From positions 703 through 64,702 of the forward strand of contig JAKPEO010000056.1 in assembly GCA_029551925.1 (NCBI GenBank): 64,000 nucleotides of DNA, read 5' to 3'. Numbering within the stretch: the stretch's first letter is position 1; every line of letters starts with the position of its first letter. This document shows positions 20,086 through 29,365 of this stretch, in pieces. Source of the DNA: a bacterium (GTDB lineage Bacteria > JAGOBX01). The translations under genes and the position numbers were made by a program. The notes under the pieces were generated by a model, which worked only from the letters and a program-made list of their open reading frames with translations, made no database searches and had not been told where the DNA came from.

Positions 20086-20310
20086 ATGGAAAAGAAAATT
20101 CAAGTTGTAGTCGATAGGATTGAAAATGATATTGCTGTGCTTGAATTGCCAGATTTAGATATTATTGAAATCCACAAAAAACATTTACCAGCCAAAGTTC
20201 GTGAAGGCAATGTCATAGATGTTATTTTTAGGATTAATAAAGAAGAAGAAGAAAAAAGATTAAAAGAAGTAAGCGAATTGCAAAAGGAATTATTAAATCG
20301 AAATTTATAA
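20086..20310 (+). CDS. DUF3006-family small protein
   Basis: VVDRIENDIAVLEL ... LPAKVREGNVIDV, then an E/K-rich tail. Preceded by a GGGGGAG Shine-Dalgarno. Confidence 0.6.
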   Translation: MEKKIQVVVDRIENDIAVLELPDLDIIEIHKKHLPAKVREGNVIDVIFRINKEEEEKRLKEVSELQKELLNRNL

Positions 20311-20386
20311 TTTTTTTATTTTTTCTTTTAACAGCCCTTCAATTAATTTTTGAAAATAAACTAATTGCTATTATTCTATTTGCTTT

Positions 20387-21214
20387 ATGGAAAAATTAAT
20401 CTGGTCGCGTTCTAAAAATAAAATTCTTAATGATTGTTTTAGAAAATATTATTATCAATATATTTCCCAAAACGAAGCGACAGAATTTCAAACATTGAAA
20501 AAATTAAAGTCCAGATATTTTTTTAAAATGATTGTTTTGAAAAATTCTATTTTTAATATGATAACAGATTATTTATATGGTTTTGATATTGCCCTTGAAA
20601 ATTATTTGGATACAGCTTATAAAGAGTTATCTATCGCTATTCGGACAGATTCTTTTTTATTTGAAAAATATTATAATTTAAATAATAAAATTGATTTTTT
20701 GGCGTTTTCGGTGGAATTGGCAAACAATTTGAAAAATTTTTATAATTCGGAGATTTTTAAAATTGTAAAATCTAAACAATTGAAAGATGTGATTATTCCA
20801 ACATTAGAAGAAGACATCGGACAATTTGATTTTTTGGATTATACTATTTTTTTTATGCCTGACTTGATTGTAGATAATGAAACCAGCAAATTAATAATAA
20901 ATTTTTTTTATGATATTACCCGCGAAAATTTTGACGATTATTTGGCATGGACAATGGCATTATCTTATTTATTTGTGCGAGCGTATAATATTGCCGAATT
21001 TGAAAAATTGGTTTTTATTAATTATTCGCTGCGCGATAATATATTTAAACAAGCGAATTATAATGAACGGCAAATTTCTAAAAAAATCGATGAATTGAAA
21101 AAATCTATTATTCTGATGCAGAAATTTCAAAACGAAACAGATATTGAAAAATTTTATAAAACAAATAATAATGAAATTTGTAAATTTTGTAATTTTCAAA
21201 AATTGTGTTTTTAA
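20387..21214 (+). CDS. PD-(D/E)XK superfamily, Cas4/RecB-exonuclease-like protein with Fe-S cysteine set
   Basis: N-terminal SRSKNKILNDCFRKYYYQYI and C-terminal CKFCNFQKLC (C-x2-C-x5-C), as in the Cas4/AddB nuclease domain. The expected D...(D/E)xK block reads PDLIVD...IINFFYD. Confidence 0.55.
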   Translation: MEKLIWSRSKNKILNDCFRKYYYQYISQNEATEFQTLKKLKSRYFFKMIVLKNSIFNMITDYLYGFDIALENYLDTAYKELSIAIRTDSFLFEKYYNLNNKIDFLAFSVELANNLKNFYNSEIFKIVKSKQLKDVIIPTLEEDIGQFDFLDYTIFFMPDLIVDNETSKLIINFFYDITRENFDDYLAWTMALSYLFVRAYNIAEFEKLVFINYSLRDNIFKQANYNERQISKKIDELKKSIILMQKFQNETDIEKFYKTNNNEICKFCNFQKLCF

Positions 21215-21229
21215 TTTTTAATAGTTTTT

Positions 21230-22048
21230 ATGAAAAAAAATATATTGGTTACAGGTATTAGTTCGGAATTACTTACTAAATTATGTTTGAAAATTAATCA
21301 AGATGAATATCGGATTTTTGGCGTTAGCAGAACAAAAAATAAAATTGAGAGGTTGGAATATGCTTGTTTATTAAACGGAGATTTAACCGCTGAAAATTTT
21401 GTAAATAAAATCTTTTCCGGAAATAAATTTGATATGGTAATACACGGTGCAGCGCTAACGCATTCATTTGATGCGGAAAAATATTTTGAAATAAATTATA
21501 GAGCGACAAAGACGATTGTTGACGCTGTAAAAAAATATCAGGAAGATTGCATATTTATATTTATCAGTTCGCGCACCGCAGGTTATAAAAGCGGCGCTTA
21601 TGGTAAATCCAAAATTTTAGCTGAAGAATATATTATAAAGAATTTAGAAAATTGGCTGATATTTAGACCGTCAGAAATTTTTGGCGGCTTGAAAAATGAA
21701 GGGATAAATAAATTGTTAAATGACGCGAGCAATAAAAAGATTTTGTTTTGTCCTGCAAATTTAAAAGCAAAATTATATCCGATTAGTATTGATTACGCAG
21801 CAGATTTGATGTTTGATGATATTTTTAATAAAAAAAATAGAAATAAAATTATTACGATAAAAGGCGCAGACGGCTGGACATATATAGAATATGCAAAAAA
21901 AATTAGCAAAGAAAAAAATAATAAAATATTTATTATGCCGATACCAAAAATTTTGATGTATATCCTGAAATATTTTCTTATTATATTTCGGATAAAAAAA
22001 ATTATAGCGCCTGACCAGATTGATAGATTATATGCTGAAAAAAATTAA
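21230..22048 (+). CDS. NAD(P)-dependent epimerase/dehydratase-like SDR protein
   Basis: N-terminal ILVTGISSELL, catalytic-type YGKSK, ~270 aa. Sits in an envelope/glycan gene context. Confidence 0.55.
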   Translation: MKKNILVTGISSELLTKLCLKINQDEYRIFGVSRTKNKIERLEYACLLNGDLTAENFVNKIFSGNKFDMVIHGAALTHSFDAEKYFEINYRATKTIVDAVKKYQEDCIFIFISSRTAGYKSGAYGKSKILAEEYIIKNLENWLIFRPSEIFGGLKNEGINKLLNDASNKKILFCPANLKAKLYPISIDYAADLMFDDIFNKKNRNKIITIKGADGWTYIEYAKKISKEKNNKIFIMPIPKILMYILKYFLIIFRIKKIIAPDQIDRLYAEKN

Positions 22049-24353
22049 AACAGAAATAATATTATTTTTTTTTATAGTAGTTTTTATTATTTTTAGATTA
22101 TACGCTTTGCTTAATGACGATGTAATATATCAAGGTATTAGTTGGCTGACTTGTAATTATCAATCTGATTTTCCGCTGTGGAATTATAATCTTATTGCTG
22201 GATTTTCAAATATTGCTTCAATTTCAATGATGACATTTCATCCGCTTGTTTTGTTGGTCAGATTTGGAATTTTCACACCTGAAAATTTTTTTGTTTTTTT
22301 GATGGCGCTTTATTTATTTTTAGCGTTTGCCGGAATGTATTTTTGGATTTTTCAAAAAACAGAGAATAGATATTCGGCAATTATTTCAGCAATACTTTTT
22401 ACATTTGGTGGTTTTACTGCAAATTGTGTTTTTAAAGGGCATTATATGCTTTTGGGCAGTTATTGTTTTTATCCGTTTATTTTTTTGTTGTGCGATAAAT
22501 TACTGCAAAAAAATGAAAAGATTTTTAGATTTGATTTTGCAGAATTATTTTTTATATTAATTTTTTCATTGCAGATTTTAGCAGGGCATCCGCAGCAGGT
22601 ATACTATCAAGTTATTGTTTTATTTCCATATATTTTATTTGCAAATAAAAATAATGTTAAATTAAAAATATTTATAAGTTTGAAGGTGTTTTTACTGTGT
22701 TTGTTTTCAGCGGCGCTTTGCGCAGCGCAATTATTGCCGACTTATAATTTTTCAAAAGAAGCGGCGCGGCCGATTGGCGCGGCTATTGAGATAGCGCAGC
22801 AATATTCTACATCGTTAAATCATCTAATACAAATTATTTTTCCGTTTTTTTGGGGCCGCAGCGCAACTAATAATTTTTTTCTTGCGAGTTTTGAAGATTA
22901 TTCGCAATATTTAGGGATTTGTTCTGTGATTTTGTTGGTAATAGCGATTATTTTATTTTTTAAAAATAAATTTTCTGTTGAACTTTGGTTTTGGTTTGCG
23001 ATTTTTATTATTTCTTTTTTATTGGCATTAGGTCAGTATTTTTCGTTGTTTGAAATATTTTATAATTGTCTGCCTGCTTTTAAAATGTTTCGCGGGCCGA
23101 TAAGATTATTTTCTATTAATCTATTCGCTTTGTCTGTTATTATTGGTTTTGTAATAAAATTTTTGATTGATGTTCGAAAAGATAATGTAATTATTACGAT
23201 ACTGATTTTTTTTGTTTTTTTAACTTTGATATTGTTGATTTTTTGCAGACCGTTAATTGAATATTTTTCACAGATAAATTCTAATTCGAGTTTTATAAAA
23301 AATCTTAATGCCGCATTGAATACCGAAAAAATGCATATAATGATTAATGCAATGAAGAGTCAATTGTTTATTGCCCTGCTATTTGAATTAATGCTGTTGA
23401 TATTTTTAAAATTTCAATTAAAGCTTTTAGTTAATGCGATAGTAATAATATTTTTGGCTGAGTTTCTTTTTTTCTTTAACAGCGTATTGCCTGAAAAAAA
23501 GAGAATAGAATATTTCAAACCGAATATTAATTCTGCTGTGTATAAATATATTTTATCTGATACAGATTTTTTTCGGATAAAATATTATGAGAATCAATTG
23601 AATATCAATAAAAATTTGTATATTCATAATTTGAGAAATATAGACGGTTATACTAATATTATTCCATTAAATACTGCATTATTGGAATGTTATATAAATG
23701 AAAAAGACGAAATTAATAAAATTATAAAAAGCAATAGAATATTTATTGAAAATATAGACAGTTATAAATTTAGTTTAACAAATGTGAAGTATCTGGTATC
23801 ATCGCAAAAACTTGACAATTTAAAAAATTGGGAATTTATTTTATCTGACAATGTAGAATATCTTTATAAAAATAAATGTTTTTTACCTGTTTTTTTTGCT
23901 GTGCGGCAGATAATAGTTCAACCCAAAAGTGATTATGATTTTTCTGAATTAGATAAAATAAATAATTATTATGACACAGCATTAGTATATATTCCACAGA
24001 ATATAGAAATCCAAAAAGAATACAATTCAGAAAATTCAAAAATTTTGGAATTGAAATATTTAAAAGATGAAATTTATTTGAAAATACGGGCGGATAGTCC
24101 GCAATTTATTGCGTCATTAGAACCATTTGATAAAGATTGGCAACTGTATGTAAATGGTGAAAATAAGGAAATTTATAGAACAAATCTTTTTTTTAAAGGA
24201 TTTTTTATTAATGCCGGCGATAATGAAATTATATTAAAATATCAGCCAAATATATTTAAAATTGGTTTTGTTATTAGTTTTTTTGCGTTATGCATTATTT
24301 TAATTTTTATTTTTTTTAGGATAAAAAATATATATGCAAAAAATAAGTCTTGA
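22032..24353 (+). CDS. large polytopic membrane protein, YfhO-like (putative glycan/lipid-linked sugar transferase)
   Basis: ~770 aa with more than 12 hydrophobic segments, a C-terminal soluble domain and a final TM. ATG at 22032 is preferred over the overlapping TTG at 22020. Confidence 0.45.
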   Translation: MLKKIKTEIILFFFIVVFIIFRLYALLNDDVIYQGISWLTCNYQSDFPLWNYNLIAGFSNIASISMMTFHPLVLLVRFGIFTPENFFVFLMALYLFLAFAGMYFWIFQKTENRYSAIISAILFTFGGFTANCVFKGHYMLLGSYCFYPFIFLLCDKLLQKNEKIFRFDFAELFFILIFSLQILAGHPQQVYYQVIVLFPYILFANKNNVKLKIFISLKVFLLCLFSAALCAAQLLPTYNFSKEAARPIGAAIEIAQQYSTSLNHLIQIIFPFFWGRSATNNFFLASFEDYSQYLGICSVILLVIAIILFFKNKFSVELWFWFAIFIISFLLALGQYFSLFEIFYNCLPAFKMFRGPIRLFSINLFALSVIIGFVIKFLIDVRKDNVIITILIFFVFLTLILLIFCRPLIEYFSQINSNSSFIKNLNAALNTEKMHIMINAMKSQLFIALLFELMLLIFLKFQLKLLVNAIVIIFLAEFLFFFNSVLPEKKRIEYFKPNINSAVYKYILSDTDFFRIKYYENQLNINKNLYIHNLRNIDGYTNIIPLNTALLECYINEKDEINKIIKSNRIFIENIDSYKFSLTNVKYLVSSQKLDNLKNWEFILSDNVEYLYKNKCFLPVFFAVRQIIVQPKSDYDFSELDKINNYYDTALVYIPQNIEIQKEYNSENSKILELKYLKDEIYLKIRADSPQFIASLEPFDKDWQLYVNGENKEIYRTNLFFKGFFINAGDNEIILKYQPNIFKIGFVISFFALCIILIFIFFRIKNIYAKNKS

Positions 24354-24362
24354 AAAAGGATT

Positions 24363-24620
24363 GTGAATATAATAAAATATAAAAACTATGAAAAAATCAA
24401 AGACGGCGCAAAAAGCATGGAGGATAGAATATTTATAACAGGGGTAAGTCAGATTACGCTCGATAGTATAACAAACGGATTTAATATAGCGATGAATATC
24501 ACATTAGAACCGGAATTTAATTCGATGCCCGAAAACGCAGAAACAGATAGAATGCTGCCGCGCGGCAAAGGAATTATCGCAAGAAAAATATTTGCGCAAA
24601 TATGTAATGGTCATAGTTAG
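24363..24620 (+). pseudogene. probable remnant of a 'predicted AAA-ATPase' (PF09820-like) gene
   Basis: RIFITGVSQITLDSITNGFNIAMNITLEPEFNSM matches my recollection of the internal FITGVSPITLDDLTSGFNI..N..L.P.FN.M block of much larger (>500 aa) proteins. Here it is only 85 aa with a GTG start. Confidence 0.35.
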
Positions 24621-24735
24621 CGCTGAAATCGTAAAAGTCGAAGAAGTAAAATAAATAATTTAATTAATTAAAATACTTAATTTTTTATTTATTTTAATAT
24701 ATACTAATTAAAAAAATAGAAAAGGAGGTAGAAAA

Positions 24736-25005
24736 ATGAAAAGTGTGATTATTGAAAAAAAATCTGATGATGAATTAAAGAAAATAGGTGTTTTAAATTG
24801 GGGTATATGGACAAAAGAAAAATCTATATTTGATTGGTATTATGACAGCGATGAGCAGTGTTATATATTAGATGGCCGCGTGATTGTTCATACTGCGGAA
24901 GGCGATTATGAAATAAAAAGAGGCGATTTTGTGACTTTCAAAAAAGGATTAAAATGCAAGTGGGAAATTTTAGAGGATATACGAAAACATTATAATTTTG
25001 TTTGA
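24736..25005 (+). CDS. small cupin, DUF861/cupin_3-like
   Basis: 89 aa with W..W......F.W.Y...E.CYILDG.V .. GD.V.F..G..C.W.. pattern. Strong AAGGAGG Shine-Dalgarno. Confidence 0.65.
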   Translation: MKSVIIEKKSDDELKKIGVLNWGIWTKEKSIFDWYYDSDEQCYILDGRVIVHTAEGDYEIKRGDFVTFKKGLKCKWEILEDIRKHYNFV

Positions 25006-25016
25006 TTGAAATAATT

Positions 25017-26024
25017 ATGAAAAAAGAAGTAAAAGTAGGATTATTTTTTTTAGTGGCATTAGCGATATTTTCGTATCTTATTATTAGATATAAACATATA
25101 GAATTCGGCAAAAAAACATATAGTATTTATACTTATTTTTCAACAGTGTCCGGAATAGAAATTAATTCATTAGTGAAATTATCAGGGTTTAAAGTTGGCA
25201 GGGTGGTTGAAATTATACCAGAAACAGATAATAACAGAATAAAAGTGATTATGCATATTCGAAATGAGGTAAAGATACATAAAGATGCAGTTGCGCGAAT
25301 GCAGATGGATAATGTTATGGGCGGTAAACATATATCGATTTCATTTGGCAAGGCAAAAGAATATTTGCAAGATAATGATTATATTATAAGTGAAGACCAG
25401 ATGGATATAGAAAAATTAGTGCAGAGTTTTACTGAAACTTCTGAAGATGCCAAAAAATTAATCAAAAAATTTTATGAGATGTTAGATGAAAATCAATTGA
25501 AAGTCAAATCGTTTATTGAAAATATCGAAGAAATTGCGCGCGATTCAAAACCGAAAATTAATAATATTTTGACATATATAGATACTGCGATGCCTGATTT
25601 AAAAAAATCATTAAGTAATATAGAAAATATAACGATGAAGATACGAGATGGCAAAGGGACATTGGGTAAAGCAGTGAATGATCCGAAATTGTATGAAGAA
25701 TTGATTGATTCCTTTGAAAATGTAAAAAAGAGTTTTGCGCGTGTGGAAAATATTCTTGCGAGAAATGAGGATAATATTGACAGTATAGTAGTTGGTTTGC
25801 GCGATACAATAGTTCCTGTAAAAAAGAGTTTTTCTAATTTAAGCGATATAACAGATAAAATTAAGCGCGGTGAAGGCACTGTGGGAATGCTGGTGAATGA
25901 TACGGGTTTATATACAAGCGCCAAAAAGACAATAGAAAAGATAAATGAAAATTTAGAAGATCAGCGTGAACAGACGATAATGTCAACTTTTACAGGTACG
26001 ATATTGGGGATATTTAAATTTTAA
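25017..26024 (+). CDS. mlaD: MCE/MlaD-domain protein
   Basis: N-terminal anchor KVGLFFLVALAIFSYLI, then MCE-like SGIEINSLVKLSGFKVGRVVEI, followed by a long helical C-terminus. ATG at 25017 preferred. Confidence 0.7.
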   Translation: MKKEVKVGLFFLVALAIFSYLIIRYKHIEFGKKTYSIYTYFSTVSGIEINSLVKLSGFKVGRVVEIIPETDNNRIKVIMHIRNEVKIHKDAVARMQMDNVMGGKHISISFGKAKEYLQDNDYIISEDQMDIEKLVQSFTETSEDAKKLIKKFYEMLDENQLKVKSFIENIEEIARDSKPKINNILTYIDTAMPDLKKSLSNIENITMKIRDGKGTLGKAVNDPKLYEELIDSFENVKKSFARVENILARNEDNIDSIVVGLRDTIVPVKKSFSNLSDITDKIKRGEGTVGMLVNDTGLYTSAKKTIEKINENLEDQREQTIMSTFTGTILGIFKF

Positions 26025-26109
26025 AAATAATCAGTGAATTTACTCATACATTTCTATTTCTAAAATTTGTAAAAGATAGAATTAAATTATTTAAATTAGG
26101 AGTTGAGCG

Positions 26110-26604
26110 ATGCAAAAAAAAAATTTTTTGTTAATATTAATTTTGCTGATGCCGATAGTTGTGTTTGGCAATCAAAAAAAATACATAAAAACCAACAATA
26201 CTAAATTATATGAAACTGCCTCTGCTGCGGCAAGAGTAGTAAAAAAATTGAATAAAGATGAAGAAGTAATAGTTTTAAAAAAAGTTAATAGATTTTTTGA
26301 AGTAGAGACGAACGATAAAAAACGCGGCTTTGTATTTGAATTTAGTTTAGTTGATAATCTTCCTCAGCAGCAAAAAGGAGCGGGGGTATTAGCGAATCTT
26401 ACAACAGACAATTATGCGAGTCGTGACAGCGCTACTCGCGCAAATGTTCGCGGATTGACAGAAATGTCCAAACAATACGCGGTAAATAATAAAATTTCAA
26501 AATCAGTAGTCGATACTGTAATAGAAATGGAAAATTATTATATACCATTGGAAATAATAGATGAATTTATGAAAATAGGAAGAATAGGCGAATATGCGGA
26601 ATAA
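26110..26604 (+). CDS. secreted hypothetical protein with SH3b-like domain
   Basis: Signal peptide, then TNNTKLYETASAAARVVKKLNKDEEVIVLKKVNRFFEVE...RGFVF, which resembles bacterial SH3. Confidence 0.4.
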   Translation: MQKKNFLLILILLMPIVVFGNQKKYIKTNNTKLYETASAAARVVKKLNKDEEVIVLKKVNRFFEVETNDKKRGFVFEFSLVDNLPQQQKGAGVLANLTTDNYASRDSATRANVRGLTEMSKQYAVNNKISKSVVDTVIEMENYYIPLEIIDEFMKIGRIGEYAE

Positions 26605-26626
26605 TTTTTTTAAATTAGGTGATATT

Positions 26627-27604
26627 ATGAAAAAAATAATTTTATTTATATTTATAGGATTATTGATATTCAATTGTTCGTCAAATGCTTTTTCATTAAA
26701 AAAAATATTAAGAGAAACATCGTCTGAAAAAAACAAAACTACTGACCAAAATAAAACAGATGCAGCTTCGGATACAAGCGCCGCCGCGCAGAGCGGAGAA
26801 TCTGATAAAAAAACCGGATGGTTATTAGATATGGGCAGAAACCTCGGATTAAAAGAGAAAGATTTAAAAGTAATAGATGCTGGCGCAGGATTATTGAAAT
26901 CGCAAGTAGAAATAACAAAAGAAGAAGAGTTAGAAATAGGCGGTAGCTTGGCATTAGAAGTTGTCGCTCGCTATGGCGGCAAATATAAAAATGAAAAAGT
27001 GAACGAGTATGTCAATCTTGTAGGATTGACATTAGTAAAATATTGTGATTATGTAGATATACCATATAAATTTTTAGTTTTAGATTCAGAAGAAATAAAT
27101 GCATTTGCTGCACCTGGTGGATATGTATTTATTACAAAGGGCTTGTTTTATTCATTATCCAGCGAAGCGCAATTGGCTGGTATCTTAGCTCACGAAATTG
27201 CGCATATTACGCAAAAGCATATATTAAAGACGCTGAAACGCGGGAAGTTATTAGAAAATCTTACAAAGTTAACAGCGACATTATCTAAAAGTAATGTTGA
27301 AAAATATACCCAGATAATGTCAGAAGTAAATTCTACATTGTTTGAAAAAGGCGTTGACCAAACTATGGAATACGAAGCGGATAGAATAGCAGTAGAGTAT
27401 GTTTATCGCACTGGTTATAATCCTAATGGTTTATTGGAATTTGTAAAATATCTTCAAAATAATATTGGTTCAAAAAAATCAGTGTTTTTTTCTACGCATC
27501 CGAATATAAATCAAAGAATCGAAAAATTAGAAAAAGAAGTTTTACCGAATTATCCTGTCGGCGGTCAGGTTTTAGCTGATAGATTAAAAAAATATTTGGA
27601 ATAA
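26627..27604 (+). CDS. M48-family zinc metalloprotease lipoprotein
   Basis: Lipobox-like LLIFNCSS after the ATG at 26627 (AGGTGA Shine-Dalgarno). HEIAHITQKH with downstream EYEADRIAVEY. Confidence 0.8.
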   Translation: MKKIILFIFIGLLIFNCSSNAFSLKKILRETSSEKNKTTDQNKTDAASDTSAAAQSGESDKKTGWLLDMGRNLGLKEKDLKVIDAGAGLLKSQVEITKEEELEIGGSLALEVVARYGGKYKNEKVNEYVNLVGLTLVKYCDYVDIPYKFLVLDSEEINAFAAPGGYVFITKGLFYSLSSEAQLAGILAHEIAHITQKHILKTLKRGKLLENLTKLTATLSKSNVEKYTQIMSEVNSTLFEKGVDQTMEYEADRIAVEYVYRTGYNPNGLLEFVKYLQNNIGSKKSVFFSTHPNINQRIEKLEKEVLPNYPVGGQVLADRLKKYLE

Positions 27605-27626
27605 AAAAGCAGGTGAATTAATATAG

Positions 27627-28532
27627 ATGAAACGAAAATTATTAATAATTTTATTTTTTATTTTTTTAATGAATGAAATTGGGTTTTGTTGGGGTGAACA
27701 AGGGCATCGCTGGATATTAATGGAAGCGATAGATTTGCTGCCGCAGGAAATAAAAAAATATTATAAATCTTTAGAATCGGAATTATTGAATAAAGTGATG
27801 GACCCGGATATGCGTAAAGGTGCAGATAATAATAATGAAGCGGCGAATCATTATATTAATCCTGAATTATATGTGTCGTTCGGATTTAGTATTGACACTG
27901 TGCCGTGGCGCGAGAGCGAAGTATTAAAAAAAGTCAGCGCTGAAAAAATGAATGAATACGGAGTTTTGCCGTTCGCCATCAAAAAGACCTATATGAAATT
28001 AGTTGAAGCATTAAAAAAAAGCGATACTCAGGCGATAATAGTATATGCCGCTGATTTAGCACATTATGTTGGAGACGCCCATCAGCCGTTACATCTGACT
28101 GAAAATTTTAATGGGCAATTAACAGGTAATTTGAATATACATTTTAGATTTGAAAACGATTTGGTTTTAGAATATCTGAATAAAGTGCCGGCGCCCGCAA
28201 AAAAAGAATTGCAAAAAATTAAGGATATAGATAAATACTGTTGGGAGCATATAAAAAAAATTAGTAAATTTGTGCCAGCGATAATTCAAGCAGATAATGC
28301 TGGAGTAGCGGTTTCAAAAATTTATGATGATAAATATTTTCGAGTATTGTGGAATAATACAAAAGATATTTTTCAAGCAGTATTTATAAATGGGGCATAT
28401 GCATTGAGCGAATATTATTATACTGCATATTTGACAGCGTTTCCTACGCCACAAAATAAAAAAACAAAATCAACTAAAACAGCAGATAAATCTAAAATAT
28501 CAACCACAAAAAATAAAACTTTAAAAAAATAA
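27627..28532 (+). CDS. S1/P1-type zinc nuclease (phospholipase C/P1 nuclease fold), secreted
   Basis: Signal peptide, then CWGEQGHRWI at the mature N-terminus and HYVGDAHQPLH. K/T-rich C-terminal tail. Confidence 0.75.
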   Translation: MKRKLLIILFFIFLMNEIGFCWGEQGHRWILMEAIDLLPQEIKKYYKSLESELLNKVMDPDMRKGADNNNEAANHYINPELYVSFGFSIDTVPWRESEVLKKVSAEKMNEYGVLPFAIKKTYMKLVEALKKSDTQAIIVYAADLAHYVGDAHQPLHLTENFNGQLTGNLNIHFRFENDLVLEYLNKVPAPAKKELQKIKDIDKYCWEHIKKISKFVPAIIQADNAGVAVSKIYDDKYFRVLWNNTKDIFQAVFINGAYALSEYYYTAYLTAFPTPQNKKTKSTKTADKSKISTTKNKTLKK

Positions 28533-28536
28533 AATT

Positions 28537-29364
28537 ATGATTGCGCATGAAAAATTAAAGTATTTAGAAGATAAAGCATTAGAAATTCGCAGAGAAACAG
28601 TAAGATTAGTATATGAACTCGGCGGCGGGCATATAGGAGGATCATTATCGCTAATAGAAATTATTACTGTTTTATATTATCATTATTTGAATATAAATTC
28701 AATTGACCCTTTAAATAATTTAAGAGATAGATTTATATTAAGCAAAGGGCATTCTTGTTATCCGCTGTATTATATACTTGCTGATAAAGGTTTTTTTGAT
28801 AAATCCGAATTAGAAAAAATTACCAAAGATTCTGATTTATTGGGCGCACATCCGGAGATTAATAATGAGTTAGGAATAGAGATAACATCTGGCTCGTTAG
28901 GTCATGGATTGTCTATTGCTTGCGGTATTGCATTAGCGGGGAAATTTAATAAAAAAACATATAAGACATTTGTATTATTAGGTGATGGCGAATGTCAAGA
29001 AGGCAGTGTTTGGGAAGCGGCATTATTTGCAGCGCAGCATAAATTATCAGAATTGATTGCGATAGTAGATTACAACAAATTACAGGCGATACAGCCGGTA
29101 AGCGAAGTATTGGAGTTAAATCCATTGTCCGAGAAATGGCGGGCATTCGGTTGGAATGTATTGGAAACTAACGGTCATTCAATAAATGATATAATTAATT
29201 GTATAGATAAATTTTATAACAATAATAATGATAAACCGAATGTTTTAATTGCAAACACTATCAAAGGCCGCGGTGTAAGTTATATGGAAAATACCGCTAT
29301 TTGGCATTATCGCGCGCCTAATGATGAAGAATATAAAATAGCGTTAAATGAATTAAAAAGATAA
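28537..29364 (+). CDS. transketolase N-terminal (TPP-binding) subunit, split-type
   Basis: 275 aa. Motifs GGHIGGSLS, SKGH, GSLGHGLS, GDGECQEGSVWEAALFAAQHKL and VDYNKLQ. No C-terminal-subunit gene follows. Confidence 0.85.
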   Translation: MIAHEKLKYLEDKALEIRRETVRLVYELGGGHIGGSLSLIEIITVLYYHYLNINSIDPLNNLRDRFILSKGHSCYPLYYILADKGFFDKSELEKITKDSDLLGAHPEINNELGIEITSGSLGHGLSIACGIALAGKFNKKTYKTFVLLGDGECQEGSVWEAALFAAQHKLSELIAIVDYNKLQAIQPVSEVLELNPLSEKWRAFGWNVLETNGHSINDIINCIDKFYNNNNDKPNVLIANTIKGRGVSYMENTAIWHYRAPNDEEYKIALNELKR

Positions 29365-29365
29365 A

